Part shown: positions 11,362-25,717 of the stretch, piece by piece
Layout of the letters: each line of letters starts with the position of its first letter
Position numbering within the stretch: position 1 is the first letter of the stretch
Assembly: GCA_016748015.1 (NCBI GenBank)
Contig: JAAOMT010000678.1
Coordinates: 228,389 to 292,388 of the forward strand
Length of the DNA: 64,000 nucleotides
Origin: Geosiphon pyriformis uo1
Taxonomy: Eukaryota > Fungi > Glomeromycota
Direction: 5' to 3'
Notes under the pieces: generated by a model
Told to the model about the DNA's origin: nothing
The model's input: the letters and a program-made list of their open reading frames with translations, nothing else
Databases searched by the model: none
Position numbers and translations under genes: made by a program

Positions 11362-14300
11362 AAAATTTTTTCTTTTTTTTATCCCAAATTTCCAAAAAAA
11401 AGTCATAAAGTTTTTTGAAAAAAGCTTTTTATTATTTAATATGATAAATCTAAACTATTTTTGCTTGATTATAAGATTATTGTTAGCCTTAGTATTGCTG
11501 TTTTGAAGAAGTCTATTATAGAATCTGGTTATATTATAAATGTCAAGTCTGTATTATCTAGAAAAAAAAGAGGAGTGGTGTTTTGGAAAACAATATTAAG
11601 ACTAAAAAAGTTTCTACTAAGAAATTAGATGGTTATTCTTGAAGTTTAGAAGCTGGTAATACTATTAAATCTAATAGTATTAACATAAAAAAAGAGTATT
11701 TAATTAAAAAAACCAGTTTTGACTATAGTAATAAGGTTTTTCTTGATGGTAAAAATACTGATCAAACATCAAAAGATTTACATATTAAGACCAAAAAAAC
11801 TTTAAAAAAGCTGTTAGAAAAAATCAACTTTTTAAGTAATAGTAATAATAATAATAATATTTTATTGAATACTCTACTAACTCTTCTTTTTTCTTTAAAA
11901 AATTTGGTTGATATTTTCATTAGAAAGTTATTTGCTTTGAATATTGGTCTGAATAAGATGATTGAAAAGTTCTCTTAGGAAAAACTTGTAATAATCAAGA
12001 AGTTGTTCTTAAAAATTAATGGTTTTAGAGAAATGTTTACTCCCTCAAAATTTACTAAAATTATCAGAACAATATTCACTTCCAAATTAAGTTTGATGCA
12101 GACTACCAAAAAGACTAAAAGTGTGAAAATTTTGGTAAACACTAATCTCAAAAAATCTGTAATGCATTTAAATCAGATTGTGGTATTAAAAAAAATACCA
12201 ATTGATACATTAACTAAAATTGTGCATACTGTTTTATCTGAATTTAGATTAATTAAGTCAGTCAAAATACAATTAGTAGAACTATAGCAAAAAGCAGTAG
12301 TAGAATTTAATTATACTAATCATGCTAATTCAGTTATAACAAGATAGTCTATTTTAATTGAGAAAGATAGAATATGTATAGTTAGGGCTAATAAGAACAA
12401 AAAAGTATGGGATTCTAGAGATAAGCATAAGGCACTGTTTTATACATTGCTAATAAAAACAAATACTCATAACATTTAAAATTTTATTGGGTTAATTAGT
12501 AATAAAACATATTTTATCAATTATTATTTGATTTTTTATATTCAATTCAGATGTACTGTTATTTGTTTTAACATTGCTGCTTCATTAAATACTATTATAA
12601 AAATCATGTCAGTAATAAAGAACACTTATCTTTGTTGATTTTGTTTGGGCTCTGCCAAATATACCAAGTGTAAAAAATTGGGTTATATATTATTAGATTG
12701 TATTATAAGCAGAAAAATGTCTCTTAGTAGTTTAACTTGTAGAATATTGTCAGATGCTAATAAAAGCAAACTGGTGTTACGGTTTAAGAATTTAGCAAAA
12801 AGAATCATAAAAATAATACAAACTATTCAATCATAATATAGCACAGTAATAATCTTAGAAAGGTAATGATTAACATAGTAGCAAACACCATCTTGCGATA
12901 GTGGCAAGCATCAGTTCACAATAGCAGCCAACACCAACTGGTGATAGCAGCAAGCACCAGGTTGAAATATCAAAAAGAAAGTATTTTCTCGTAGAACTAC
13001 AAACATGTATATATACAGTAGTTTTAATATTGGGAAAGAATCAATCAAGTAATAAAAATCATAACTTATCAAGCAATAGATCCAATTTTATCCAACAAAC
13101 TCCACTTTAAATCATACTTTCAAATTAAATATCCCAAGAAACCTTTAAAAATCAAAAAAAAATATTTAAAACTGAACTATCACAACTCAAAGTATTAAGA
13201 AACTTACTTGTATTATTTATTAAATGAAACTATCATTCATCAACTGAAACCCTTGGAAGAATAATCCTTGATCAAGATTATTCACATTGTTACTAATTGA
13301 TAAAAGCTTTATTGTGAGAATTAGAAAAGCACTAAAGACCATTAACATTCTGTGTTTCTAAATTAGAGAAACACATCAGGCAATTGCAAGGATAGCCTCA
13401 GAGAAGACCCCAGACAGTGGGTAGATTTCAGTTCAGCCTCTGAGAAGGAGTACATAAACACACACAACAATCAAGAATTAAAGAATAACTTACATTGCAA
13501 CAGTAAAAAGAAAGCCTTCAGTGTAACAGTGACATTATCACACAAATAGAATTGAGGAACTCACGAAAGACTGATTGCAATTAAAGCGGGATATCAGCAA
13601 TTAAATATAACAAGAAAACCATCCCGTAACACTGGTCACTATTTATGCCAAACATTTAGCTTCTGTTATTCATCTTATCTTTTTTAGTGGTGTTTCTTAA
13701 ATAAAGATTGTTGGTAAATTTTCTTTCTCTTCTCTTTTTATAAGAAATAGTTTAGTTACTTTTGGTTTCTCTTTAAAGATAAAGTCTCTTTTTCTAGTGT
13801 CTGTTGAAATAAATAATAAATTTGTCACTCTTAAATACAGTTTTACCAGTTTTGCAAAACAAGTTAGTAAGTTGGCTAAGAGATTGGATGCACTCAGACC
13901 AATAGTTTTCTAGCTTAGTTCTAAATATTAGCCATTAGTAATCTTTTTATTACATAATCAAGGAATAGATATAGTATTAAATAAGAGTTCAGGTGTGATC
14001 ACTAGTGGTGAGACTATTGCAAAGACAGTAAATGTTAATTCCTTGGTCATTTTAAAGTTGGAAAAGATCATAAACAATTTGTCAAACACAGTTATAAACT
14101 TAATGACCAAAGTAGACAATACCAGTCTAGGTTTATCTATTGTCTTTTCTTAATAATAGATTTTATATGGAAATTAACCATGTGCAATATACAAAACATA
14201 AACAATTCTGTTAAGCAAAAGAATATTGTTTATTGACAAAAACAGTAATAATTCTATATCTATTATTATAGAAACAAAGCTTAAAAGTAAAATTTATTCT

Positions 14301-17300
14301 TAAATAATAAACAAATTTGATAAAATTAAGATTTTTATGTCAGAAAATGACTTGAATCATTTGAGTACTAATGTCATTATATTGGTTAATAATAATATTA
14401 CCAAACATGTATGCAAGATTTCAGAGATGGCTAATTAGCTTCTGTAGTTATGTTTTTGTTTAAAAACTATCTTTCAGTATTTATTCTGGAATTGTATGCT
14501 AAAACAACTTTTGAAAAAAAATTAACTCAAAAATTAACTTAATTGTAGTTAAAGCTTTAAACAATAGTACTTTTGTGATTATTGGTAGTAATTTCAATGA
14601 AAATAATTTTAAATATAGTACAAGTTTCAAAAAATTTGTGGATATAAGCTTATGTGATTTGTTTGGTAATTTTTTTGTGCATAGATTGTCTATATGATCC
14701 AACTTTAAGGAAGTTAACAAATATATTAACTTTATTTTAGTTAGTAAAAATCTTCAAAATTTATTCTTTAATCAACAAGTTTGTTGTTTGGTGAAATTTT
14801 TTGACACTAATCACAAAACTGTATTGGTGAATATTGGTTGAAAAAACTTCTTAGTTTTTAGCTCAACTCAATATGATTGCAGATTGTTAAGAACAAGTGG
14901 AAATTTAAGGTCAAGAATATTGGCAATATAATTTAAAAAAAGTATAAAAATTTGTTGCTGGTTGCTGTTTTGGTTATTATTAATGACTTTAGAAAATGTA
15001 AAAAAAATTTAGACATTAATAAAGTATAGAAATTGCTTAATAAGATAATATGCTCTGCTGCTGATGTTATTTTTACAAAAACTTGGTTTCATAATAATAA
15101 TATCATAAAAACTACAATATCTTCTAAATCTCACAAGTTGGAATTGTTAATGTCAAAAATTCTGAAGACTTATAGACTGGTTAATTTGGTTAGACTTCTT
15201 AATTTGTGTGATCTGTGATTTAAGTTAAATCTTAATTAGGTGGCCATATTTAGGAATTCTTTCAATAGTAGTTGCAACAAGACTTTAGTTGAATGTTCAT
15301 TGGCTCAAAGTAGAAAACTTTATAGATCTTATAAGATATTGGAATTTAAGACAGCTGAAAACTTCTACATTAAAACCACTATTGCCAAACACATGAAAAC
15401 TTTTACTAACAATAAAAGCCAAATAATAAAAGTGTAGTGGAAAGATTTTTTAAAAAAGTTACTTTGAATTATTTGGTTGACAATAGTTAACTAATTCTGG
15501 AGTTTGATTTGGTTAAATGCAAAGTAAATTTAATCATAAAAAATTGGACTAAAAAACATGTTACTTGAAACAATATGTTTTTTTGTTAACAGAACCAGTT
15601 TGCATCTCTGAACTATGTTGAAAAAAGAGTATTTTTTAGAGTTATGAATTGTATTAATCTTGATAAATTCTTGTTAGTGGTTGAAAATCTATCTAATAAC
15701 AAGACTGCCAAGTTGTTGGACATCTTCAATAAGATGTGAAAACATTGTAATGAGTATGTATTGCAGTTTTTTTTGTATTTGCTTAATTTGTATTTGATGA
15801 CTGAATCTGTTCTCAATGCTTAGAAAAATGCTTGGATGTCAATGATTTCAAAACTTTATAAATAAAAGGACATCTTAATCAACATTTATCATATTGCTTT
15901 TGTTAAGACTATAAAAAAAATTTTTTGAAAATTCTGTCTAATCATATATCTAAGATCTGTAATAAATATAACATTTTATGTGAAAATAATTTTTTGGTTT
16001 TAAAGAGTATATTAATATAATTTTCTATTTTTGCCATTGAATCTATTGTAAAAAATGCATTGAAAAAAAGCAGAAAAATTTGGTTGGTGCTTCAGAATAT
16101 ACAGAAGGCTTATAATTTAGTGGATTGATTATATTTAGAGAGAAGTCTTAAGAAAATCAAAATATGTAGCAAGTTTATTAAATTTTTTGATCATATATAC
16201 AATGATTACAAGAATAAAGTTATAATAAATTTTGGTTTATCTAATAGTTATGTGATACATAATAGGCTAAATTAGAATAAGATTTTTTTGCCACTTTTTT
16301 GGAAAATTTTCTATGATCTTCTTTTGTATAAGATAAAAAAGTACAAGTCAATTTTTGGATATTACATTAATTCTAAGTTTGTTGCTAAGATGAGCAGAAT
16401 TGAGTTAAATACAGGCCTAATCTCTTATCTTGCTGCTGATGTTTTTGTGGATGATACAATTTGGATTAGTAATTGTCATATGATAATACAGAACATTTTA
16501 AACATAGCCAGTAATTTTTTTAATATTATAAACATTTTGATAAATACAGAAAAGACAGTGGCCATTTCTATAAATCCAAGATCTAACAGTGCTATTTTAA
16601 GCATAAATAAGTCTCCTATCTCAATTGTAAAACTTGGAAAAATACACTGATATTTGGGCATATTTTTGTTTGCTAAAAGTTTTTTTGGTTTAAGTATAAA
16701 AAAGACTAATTTTTAATGTAAAATTTTTTTCATCAATGGTTTTGCATAAGACTATATTAGACAAACAATTTTTTTATTTGGTTTTGGTGATTTTACAGTC
16801 AATTGTTGGATACAAGACTCAATTTAACTGCATTAATAAGAGTATATATAATAAATGAAACCAATTAATTAAGAAAAATTTGAAGACCAAAACCAATCTG
16901 CCCAATAACTTTCTTAACAAGACTTTGTATCATCTATTTTTGTACAATTTAAAGTCTTTTAATTAAGTTTAGTTAAAAGGAAAAATTGTGTCTATTGTAA
17001 ATTTTATTAATACTAAGAATATTTTAGATTAGCTGTTTCAACATAAGATTATGAATTTGCAAGTAATGGATTGAGTTCCCTAAAATTCTCTTCAATTTTC
17101 TGTTAAGTTGAAAATTAACTCTGTGAACAACTTTCTTGCTGGCATTTTCCAAATATTTTTGCACAATAAAATATCTCTGATTAATGGTTTGTTCAATGCC
17201 TTTTGTCTTAAGAATGGCTTTTTTGTCATAGATGTTTTGAACTAAATAGAATATTTTCGAATTCATAGGTCTTTTAAATAGTTTAATATAATTTTTGCAG

Positions 17301-18958
17301 ACCAGTTATTGAACAGTTATAGAAAATATTTTTCTTGGAAGGATTTTTGTTATTGAAAACATTTAAATTTCAAGAGTTTAGTACTCTTTTGGTTTGTAAA
17401 AATTTCTGAGTTTGTTAGAAATAGCAATTTAATTTAAGGCTCTCTATCTGTTTTTAAAGTTAGTTCAGAGTTGATTTTGTTAAATATGGATGATTTTGGC
17501 ACTGTTTATTTTTGTTTAAAGAACTTGTTATTGCCTAAGATCTTGATTTATACAGATAGTTCTATTAAAAATTTTGGCTTTTTTTGTGTTATTAGTAATA
17601 TTGCCACTTATTTTTCTGATTTAAATATAAGTATAAGAATGGAGATTTACAGTTTGCTTTCATCTATTTTGGCTAAAATGCAAGCCATGGTATTGGTTTT
17701 TAAGTATATTCTAGCTTTTTTTAATGTTGTTATCTTTTTTAATAGTCAAGTATCTATTAATATATGTCAAGCTAAACTGAAATTAAAGACACCTGATTTC
17801 TGCAATAAGTATTGGATTGAATAGTATTATATTAATAATTTGGTCAATAGTAAAAACATTTCTGTAAGATAGACTAAGGTTAAAAGTTATTTTAACATAT
17901 CTGGCAATGAGTTTACTAATAAAATGGCTGGTTAGACTGCATCTTTAAAACTTGCTCTTCCTGTAAATATTAAAGAAAGATTTTTGGTGGTTAATAATAA
18001 AGTGATTTTTAATAATGCTTAGTATTTATCAAACTGGCTTATAATACTATAAAATGTTTTAGATAAGAAATTGGATTTGGCTTCAAAGTTATTAATTTTT
18101 TGTGTGTTAAAAATATTAATTAAAAGCTCACAACTCTGGTTTGGCATTTTAACTTTTATATAGCAGCTAAGACTATGAATAAACTTATTACTGGTTTGTA
18201 TATATATTTAATAAAAACACTATATAGAAAATTGTCTGTGGTAATTAGAAAACATCTGTATAATTATACCTATTCAAATGTGTTATATGTGTATTATAGT
18301 TAGGTGAAGTTTTTGGATTATAGCTTTATTTGCAGTCTAAACTTGTCAGCTTGTCAAGATTTGTTAAAAGAATGTTTTTTTTGTTGAGCATTTATGACTA
18401 AAACTTTTTTGGCTTTATCTATAATTTTTCAAGATTTGGTTTTTTGTGTTTCTGATATGTGTTTATATACAGCATTATGCAAAGGTTTAGTGCTTGAAAA
18501 TTGGTTAGTGGAAGTAAAATTCTCTCTTAGAAGTGCTGGCAGTATTGTTTTTAAGCTAGTTAAACTTGTTTGGAGTCTGATTATTGGACATAAAGAAAGA
18601 ATTTGGTTGCTTAATTTAAGACTATGAGTTAATATAGATTATAGAAATTTGTTGGTTGAAAATTGTTTTTTGTTTGATGCTATTTATGGTTTTCTTGTTA
18701 GGATTTTAAATAGTGTTATTTGGTTGCTTGGAATTAAATGAAATTGTTTAATTGGCTTTGGTTTAAAAATAGGTTGTTTGTTTTTTGCTAATATAGTTAA
18801 GAGTATTGTCATTAATATAGTTATATAGTGTAGTTTTAATTGGCTGAGTGGTTAATTACATGTAATAAATACATAATTCACATCTAATTTAGAACTTTTG
18901 ATAGTTGTATTGTATTGGATAGTAAATAAGTCTTATTTATAAATGCAAATAAAAAAAA
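11362..18958 (+). mobile_element. Full-length, heavily mutated non-LTR retrotransposon (LINE copy A: ORF1 + APE-RT-RNase H-ZnF ORF2), interrupted by a solo LTR
   Basis: Collinear with copy B from the 5' end (cccaaatttccaaaaaaaagtca) to the 3' UTR and A-tail. Remnant motifs include FVDDTIW (about 16445), IYTDSS (RNase H, about 17547) and ALCKGLVLENW. Many TAA/TAG/TGA stops. Confidence 0.93.
12775..13631. mobile_element. Solo LTR (857 bp) inserted in LINE A ORF1
   Basis: Termini TGTTACGG...CCGTAACA form a perfect 8-bp inverted repeat. The 4-bp TSD CTGG lies at 12771-12774 and 13632-13635. Removing the insert restores DANKSKLVTIYAK, matching DVDKSRLATIYTK of copy B. Confidence 0.93.
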
Positions 18959-19248
18959 GGGAAATTTTATAAACTTTTTATATTTTTTAATTTTAATTAA
19001 ATATTTTTTTAAATAAAGTTTATTTTACCAAATTATAAATTTTTTATATATTTTACAAAACCAATTACAATTTTTAATTTTATTATTATTATTATTATTA
19101 AATATTTAATAAGTATTTTTATTTTTTTTATTTTAACGAGTGAGATCCAAATGCGACCTAGTGCTATACATCATACAAATGATCTAAACTAGGTGCGAAT
19201 CATGTGCTTTCTACACGTGACCAGCCACTTGGGCCAGTCAGGACTACA

Positions 19249-22200
19249 CTATACACCTATATGCACAGAAACTGGATCTCTAATACCTGAAAAAAATGGA
19301 CAAAACTTACAAAACCCGAAACCAAACCCAAAAGCCTCAGCCACCCTTAGCAACCTGACCACACCAGCCAAAAACACCATAGGCAAACCAGAAATTGAAG
19401 CAGAAGCAGAGCCATCACGTGGAATCAAACCGTGTTTTTTCATAAACACTCGGTGTTTGGCCCAAACCAACCAAACATCATCCCGAAATGCTAGACAAAA
19501 CTCATGCACAAAGTTCACAATCTTCTTAGCACCCTTTTTAGAATCATTAAAGACCAAGACAGACTCACAAAACCATTCATCGAAAACAAAGCCTTTACAC
19601 AGAGCAACACCAACTCCAACCTCAGAAACACAAGAAGCCAAGATCTGTAAAACACATGAAAAAGAGCGAGAAAAACCAGAAAGAGCCTCCCAAGCAGAAG
19701 CATGTGTGCCCAACAAATGAGCATGGCTGACGGCATCCTGAGGACACGAAAAGACATGATTCGAGGTCTCAACGTCACCACAAAACAGACAAACCACACT
19801 GGGGTAACTCCTATCATATAAATGCTTGTACACAGCAACAGGAAGCCGATGATGGAGAGCCTTCATAAAGTAAGTACAACAGCCTGCCATGCGCATGCTG
19901 GTAAAACTGGATGCCAAGTGAGAATCAGGGTGCCACACCATAAAAGACTTAGACCAATTGATATCAGCACGCAAACTATTATCCACAACACGAGAACCCA
20001 CTCCAATCTCCCAACGAGCTCAATGAACTGACTGGAAAACATCACGAACAAAGTGTCTAGAATTACTAGAAACTGCTGTACCACCAGCACATAAAAAATG
20101 TTCACTGACTAAATGAGGTAGGCGCCAAGCAGAGAGAGCAGCACCTTTGACGAGCGCATCAGCACGCTCATTGCCTGAGACACCCGAATGACCTTTCACC
20201 TTAACCCAATTCACATCCAAATTTTTCCAATGAATGACAGTGGCAATGTGACAATGTTCGATCTAACAGCAGTTCCTGAAATCCAGACAAACCAGTGAAG
20301 ACTCTGACCTACATGCATCCAAAGCAGTCTGGCTATCCGAGAACAAGTCAATTGAACGAGAAAAAGGAACACACTCAAGGACCAAAGCTATGGCTTGCAG
20401 TTCTGTTAGAGTAGAAGAAACCAAACCAGACACCCCAACACCCAAACCCAAGTTAATGTCCTCAAAAAAAACAGCAGCACCTGCTCTCATATTAACAGTG
20501 CCCAGACCAGAAAGAGATCCATCCATATACACAGAAAGATGGGCAGCATCAATGGTCGGCAAAGTGTCACAAATCACACCAAAATCACGAGAAAAATGAA
20601 TATCAGACACAGCATGACCATCCACCAAAGAAGAACTTGAGGAGAGAGGCACAATGCTATCAAAAAAGCGAACAGAAAGATCAAACCAGAAAGGAACTGG
20701 GCCACGAGGATCCAGCCTCTTCCAATGCTTAAAGGTCCCCTAACTGAAAACATCGCCATTACGGTCACGAAGCTGTTCCACAAAAGCAATTCCATAACAC
20801 CTAAGCAAAGAGATGCACTTGAAAAAACAGAATTCACCAAGAACCAAAGACATAGGAGTACCACACCGACGACAAAAAGCACAAGCTAGAGGGCCTCCCA
20901 AAGACAAATCACACCCAGAAAAAATGCGAACCACACCTACCAAAAAATTATCCGAGGGACTGATACCAACACGAGCCGGAAACAGCAAAGGATGATGAGG
21001 ATGCCAGCTGAAAACCTGAAGATCATGAGACCTATGAGAAAACAAGCGACCCAAGATACCAGTAGAATTTGCAAAAGCAACAATGGAGGCCGATTTACTC
21101 TCAGCCTGGATCTGTTCGAAAGTTTTTAAATTGTACAAAGAGGGGTGATGAAGTGCATCACTGGGGAAATCACGTGGCAATCCAGACTTGGACTTTAAGA
21201 CCTTGTGTACCAAAGCATCCCATTTACTACAAACACCAACAGAAACAAAACTGAACTGAGTCCTGTAGCTGATAATAGGGAAAAGAACTGCAGACACCAA
21301 ATATGCACACTGTTTGTCCGAAATTGCTTTTTTCAAAACAAGATTCACAAAAAACCATACATCAGCTTGAGCTTTAGCCAAGCTAGGTTTCGAAAGACCC
21401 TCAGAAGACAAAAAAATACCCAAATAATAATGAGATTCCCCTCTCTTGGCAACGGAAATAGATGCACCACTGATAGTTAAATGAGGATCCAGCACCCGGC
21501 AATTGATGGGGATGGCCACCGTTTTGTTATTGTTCACAGAAATATTGTTAAACCTAAAAAACTCACTAGCAATATCAAGGATGTGTTGTGTAGCAGCCTG
21601 GCTGCTACCAACCCAAATAGTATCATCGACAAAAACACTGGCAGCAAGAAATGAAAACAGCCCAGCTTGAGGATCCACTCGGCCAGTTCTTGATATGAAA
21701 TGAGAATTCAACCTGTAGCCATACACACTATCCTGTCTCTTGACCTCATACAAAAGTGAATCATAAAAAATATGCTAGAGAAGAGGCGAGAAGACTTCCC
21801 CCTGATCCAGCCCATCGTGGACACAATACCCATCAGTCAAGCCAAAGTCAGTCATCACTCTGTTGACGCGACCATTGTAAATACTGCCAAAAAATCTAAT
21901 AAACCTGTCACACATTTTGATCCTGACTAGATTTTTCCTAAGATGTTCCCAACCAACCAAGTCATAAGCCTTGCGCATGTTCTGTAAAACCAGCCAAAGT
22001 TCACGGTTCTTTTCCAAGGCATCCTCAACCACAGAACCAATAGCAAAAATGGGAGATTGCATTGTCATACTCTTCAAAACCGAGAAATTGTCCCCACGAA
22101 GAACATCAAAAGTGCTGCAAGCCAGAGAGATCCTGTCTGAAAAGATCTTAGAGAGAATCTTGCGGGCCGTTTCAATTAAAGCTATAGGATGGGTATTCAT

Positions 22201-23937
22201 GAGAACTCTCTCCTATTCATATGGTTTAGGAATTATCGAAATCCAAGCTTCTTTCCAAGGCCCAGGGACCGACTCGCCAGCCAAACAGAAATTCAAGAGC
22301 ACTAAAAGCATATCCAAAACAGATTTGTCACAATGTTTCTATAATTTGTTGAAGATACCAGAAAGACCAGCCGCTTTTCCATCAGGAAGATCCTCAACAA
22401 CAGCTGACAACTCATCAAAACTAATCGAACACATAACATCAAAGAAAGTACCATCGTACATGTAATCCAGAGGCCAATATTGATGAGCCCAATCCTCAGA
22501 CAAGTCAGACACCACCTCACGTTTTCTGGTCCATCCCTCCATAATTTTGTCCACCTTAGACTTAACCAAAACAGGCTTTAAAATCAACTCATCTTTTACA
22601 ACCAAATGATCCAGAACCACCTTGCAAAAAGGACGCTCCAAAACACTCCTAATGGTGTGACCTTTGTTCAGCTCAAAACTCTCCATTCTCTTACCAATAG
22701 TCTGCTTGATTGAGGATTCCTCAGTGCGCTTGGATTCCACTAACTTGAAAGAGTGGTATGATTTTCTTGCTTTGACCAGCGCAGAACGAATAAGATCAAA
22801 ATTAGAACCAGAAAGAAACAGAGACTTAACCACCAATGCACCAGGGGAGTCGAGTCTGTGCCACACCTCCAACAAAGAAGCAAAACCATCACTAGAAGCC
22901 AAATGCAAAGCCTTGACTAACTTAAAAACCAGCAGCTCCAGCTTGTGAAACCTAGAAGAAATCTTGGTAAACATGCCATCAAAACCTTTGAACCATTTTT
23001 TCTTAAATAAACCACCTGCTGAAAGAACAACAATCTTGCAAACAATGTCTCACATAGCGTCCACATCTGAAAATCTTACTGCCACACCAAAAGCATCTGA
23101 GAACATAGATACATTAGCAGCTGAGACATCCCTGAACTCCAACCACTTAGCTCTATTGACACTCTTAACATTAAACTTCCAATGGTCTTTATTTGCTTGC
23201 TTGTGAAGAGAATTCAAACGCGTATCCAAGAGCCCACCCAAACCCAAATCCACTGAAACAGCTTGATGGTCCATGTCAAAATGCTCACTAACATTCAAAA
23301 CTTCATAACGCACTATCGCATTGACAAGACTCGAGGAGACAAACACATAATCAATAGTTTTCTTAACACCCCTAGAATTTTCCCAAGTGGGCATTTTTGC
23401 AGCTGCACTACTAACTAAAGAATTGACCAGACCCAAATCAAAGCATCTTTTGAAACTTGCACTCCTGTGAGAACTGTCTTCATTAAAATCGCCACCGAGA
23501 ATAATGAAAGAAGATTCGTTGACAGCCTTCGCAATGAGAGAATTGACCTCACCAGCCTGAGAGAACCGAACCACCAAAGAAGCACCAGCATAAAGCCCCA
23601 AAATTGACACAGAAAGTTTGCCCTTGAAAAGTAATTTAATAGAAAGGAGCCGACCAGGCACCTCAGAAACCTTGCACACATGATGAGCCAAAGAAATGTC
23701 CATGATAACAGCAACACCTGCACCCAAGTGACCAGAGTCCAAACCAGAAGAGAACACTCGGACACCATCAAACTTGTCTGCAATTCATGGACGAATCTTA
23801 CTCTTTAATTTCATTTCAGTGATGATAGAAACCAAATTGTTCATTTCCTTATGCCACCTAATAATGTCCTCTTGCTTAGCGGGATTGTTCATGCCCCTGA
23901 TGTTGCACATAGCAACTCTCCAGACTAAACTGCTCAT
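19249..23937 (-). pseudogene. LINE ORF2: AP endonuclease, reverse transcriptase, RNase H and CCHC finger (about 1560 codons, in-frame stops only)
   Basis: APE motifs CNIRG, ITEMKL, LGGDFN, KTIDYVFV and DHQAV. RT motifs HPIALIET, QNMRKAYD, GLDQGEVFSPLL and FVDDT. RNase H motifs YMDGS, TELQAI, SDSQ and VKGHSGVSGNERADAL. Zinc finger CLFCGDVETSNHVFSC. All ORF fragments share one frame. Confidence 0.95.
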
Positions 23938-25717
23938 TGGGTGAGGGGTAAAGATACCGAAAGCGCACCTATACTATCCACTTTGGCCGAAGGCCCAGAA
24001 CCGTCTTCATCAGACACTTCATGCTGTCTTCCAGCTTAGACACCGAAGACATATCAAAAGACACCATTCCCGTGATATTTCCACCACTAGGGGACACACC
24101 CAAACCCTCACTCATCACTACATCCGCCCCTTGATCCTGTGATGAAGGGGTCACCAACGGCTGACATCCAGGGCTAAGCTGAGGAACCGTTGGCCCGAGT
24201 GCATCCAATCTCTTAGCCAGCTTACCAACTTGCTCCACGAGGCTGGCGAGACTGTGCTCAAGAGTGGCAAACCTATCGTCGACTTCCTTTGCAACCAGTT
24301 GGGACGGCTTCATCTTCGAAGAGGAGCCATTATTTACCACAATGTTCTGACCAGAGAGGGGGGGCGAAAAACACCCACGAGCAATCTTTGCCCAAGAGAG
24401 ACCACCAAAAGAGACCAGACGGGCAACTAAAGCCAAGCATTTGGTATAAATGGTTGCTAGCCTGCTTTTATCTACATCCGAGAAAACCCTACGCAGCAAA
24501 CTACCAGAAGATAATTTCCCACTAACTGCACAACCCAAAGACGTGTGACCCAATTTCTCACACTTGGCACATTTAGCAGAAATGAGGCTAGCCCAGTGGA
24601 GATTGGTGTTCCTGAGTACTGGCGTGGTTCCCACAGCAGCATCCAATGATTCAACAGAGTCGAAACAAACAACAGCACACCTGGCCCAAGCATACGTAAC
24701 AGAATGACAATCAATGACACACATTTTCCCACCCACAGATCTAACAAAGTCCCAAATATCATGAGCATTGGTCCCCATCGGCAATGTGTAGAGCAGTGCC
24801 CTATGTTGGTCCCTTATATCCCACACTTCCTTGTCTGAATCAGCCCTAGCTACACATACAGCATCTTTCCCGATTAAGATGGACCACTCAGCTGCGACCA
24901 AATCAGCCTAATCCGATCATTCAAATTCCACCATCACCTTCTGCCACAGCCCGATTAACTGCATCTTGATCGTCTTAATAACTCCAAACTCAGATAACGC
25001 AGTGCACACAGCCTTAGCCGATGTTCCAATTGGAATTTCTTTTATGACCACAGCCCAATCTAATCGCTCAGATGATCTTTTAAGATCGGTATTTACCATA
25101 ATATTCGCACCAGTAGCCTTTTCAGTGGCTTTCATTAGACCCAATTCGAAAATGAATGTCGCTCTGATGATCCCTGAGAATTTTGAGGGGGTAGATGCCC
25201 TCCCAAAACCATTAATTCCAGAAAATAAACTCCTGATCTTCTTGAGCTTTTCCTGGGCCGAATTTCCTTCTACTGCTTTTAGATCCAAATCCAAAGCAAA
25301 TAACTTTCTAACCGAAACATTGACCAGGTTCTTAAGAGGAGGGGGAAGCACCCAAGGGGCATCCAGAAGAATATCATCATTATCATTGTCACCCAGAAAG
25401 TCGATCTTTCCCAAAGGTTTTCCCAATGCTTTCCTAGTTGTCAATTGCGAACCCTTCGGCATTTAATCCAAATCTCTACTAGCAAGCACACCACCTTCAC
25501 CATAATCGAAACTTGTTTCCTCAACAAGACACTCCTCTTCCATATCCACACTGTCAGATTCTGTGGTATCACCAGTCTCCGAACCCCATGAACGACCACT
25601 TTGCACCTTAGCAGAACCCTCTTCAGCACCAGCATTGTTCTCAAGAACACCGCCTCTTCTCTTTTTCCTTGACAGAACAGCCTTGAAACCACTCTCAGAG
25701 CCAGAACTTTTAACCAT
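23934..25717 (-). pseudogene. LINE ORF1 (nucleic-acid-binding protein with zinc knuckle and coiled coil)
   Basis: Basic RKKRR patch, RRM-like segments, the knuckle CAKCEKLGHTSLGC (CX2CX4HX4C) and heptads LEHSLASLVEQVGKLAKRL. Three in-frame stops and one frameshift near 23990. Confidence 0.88.
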
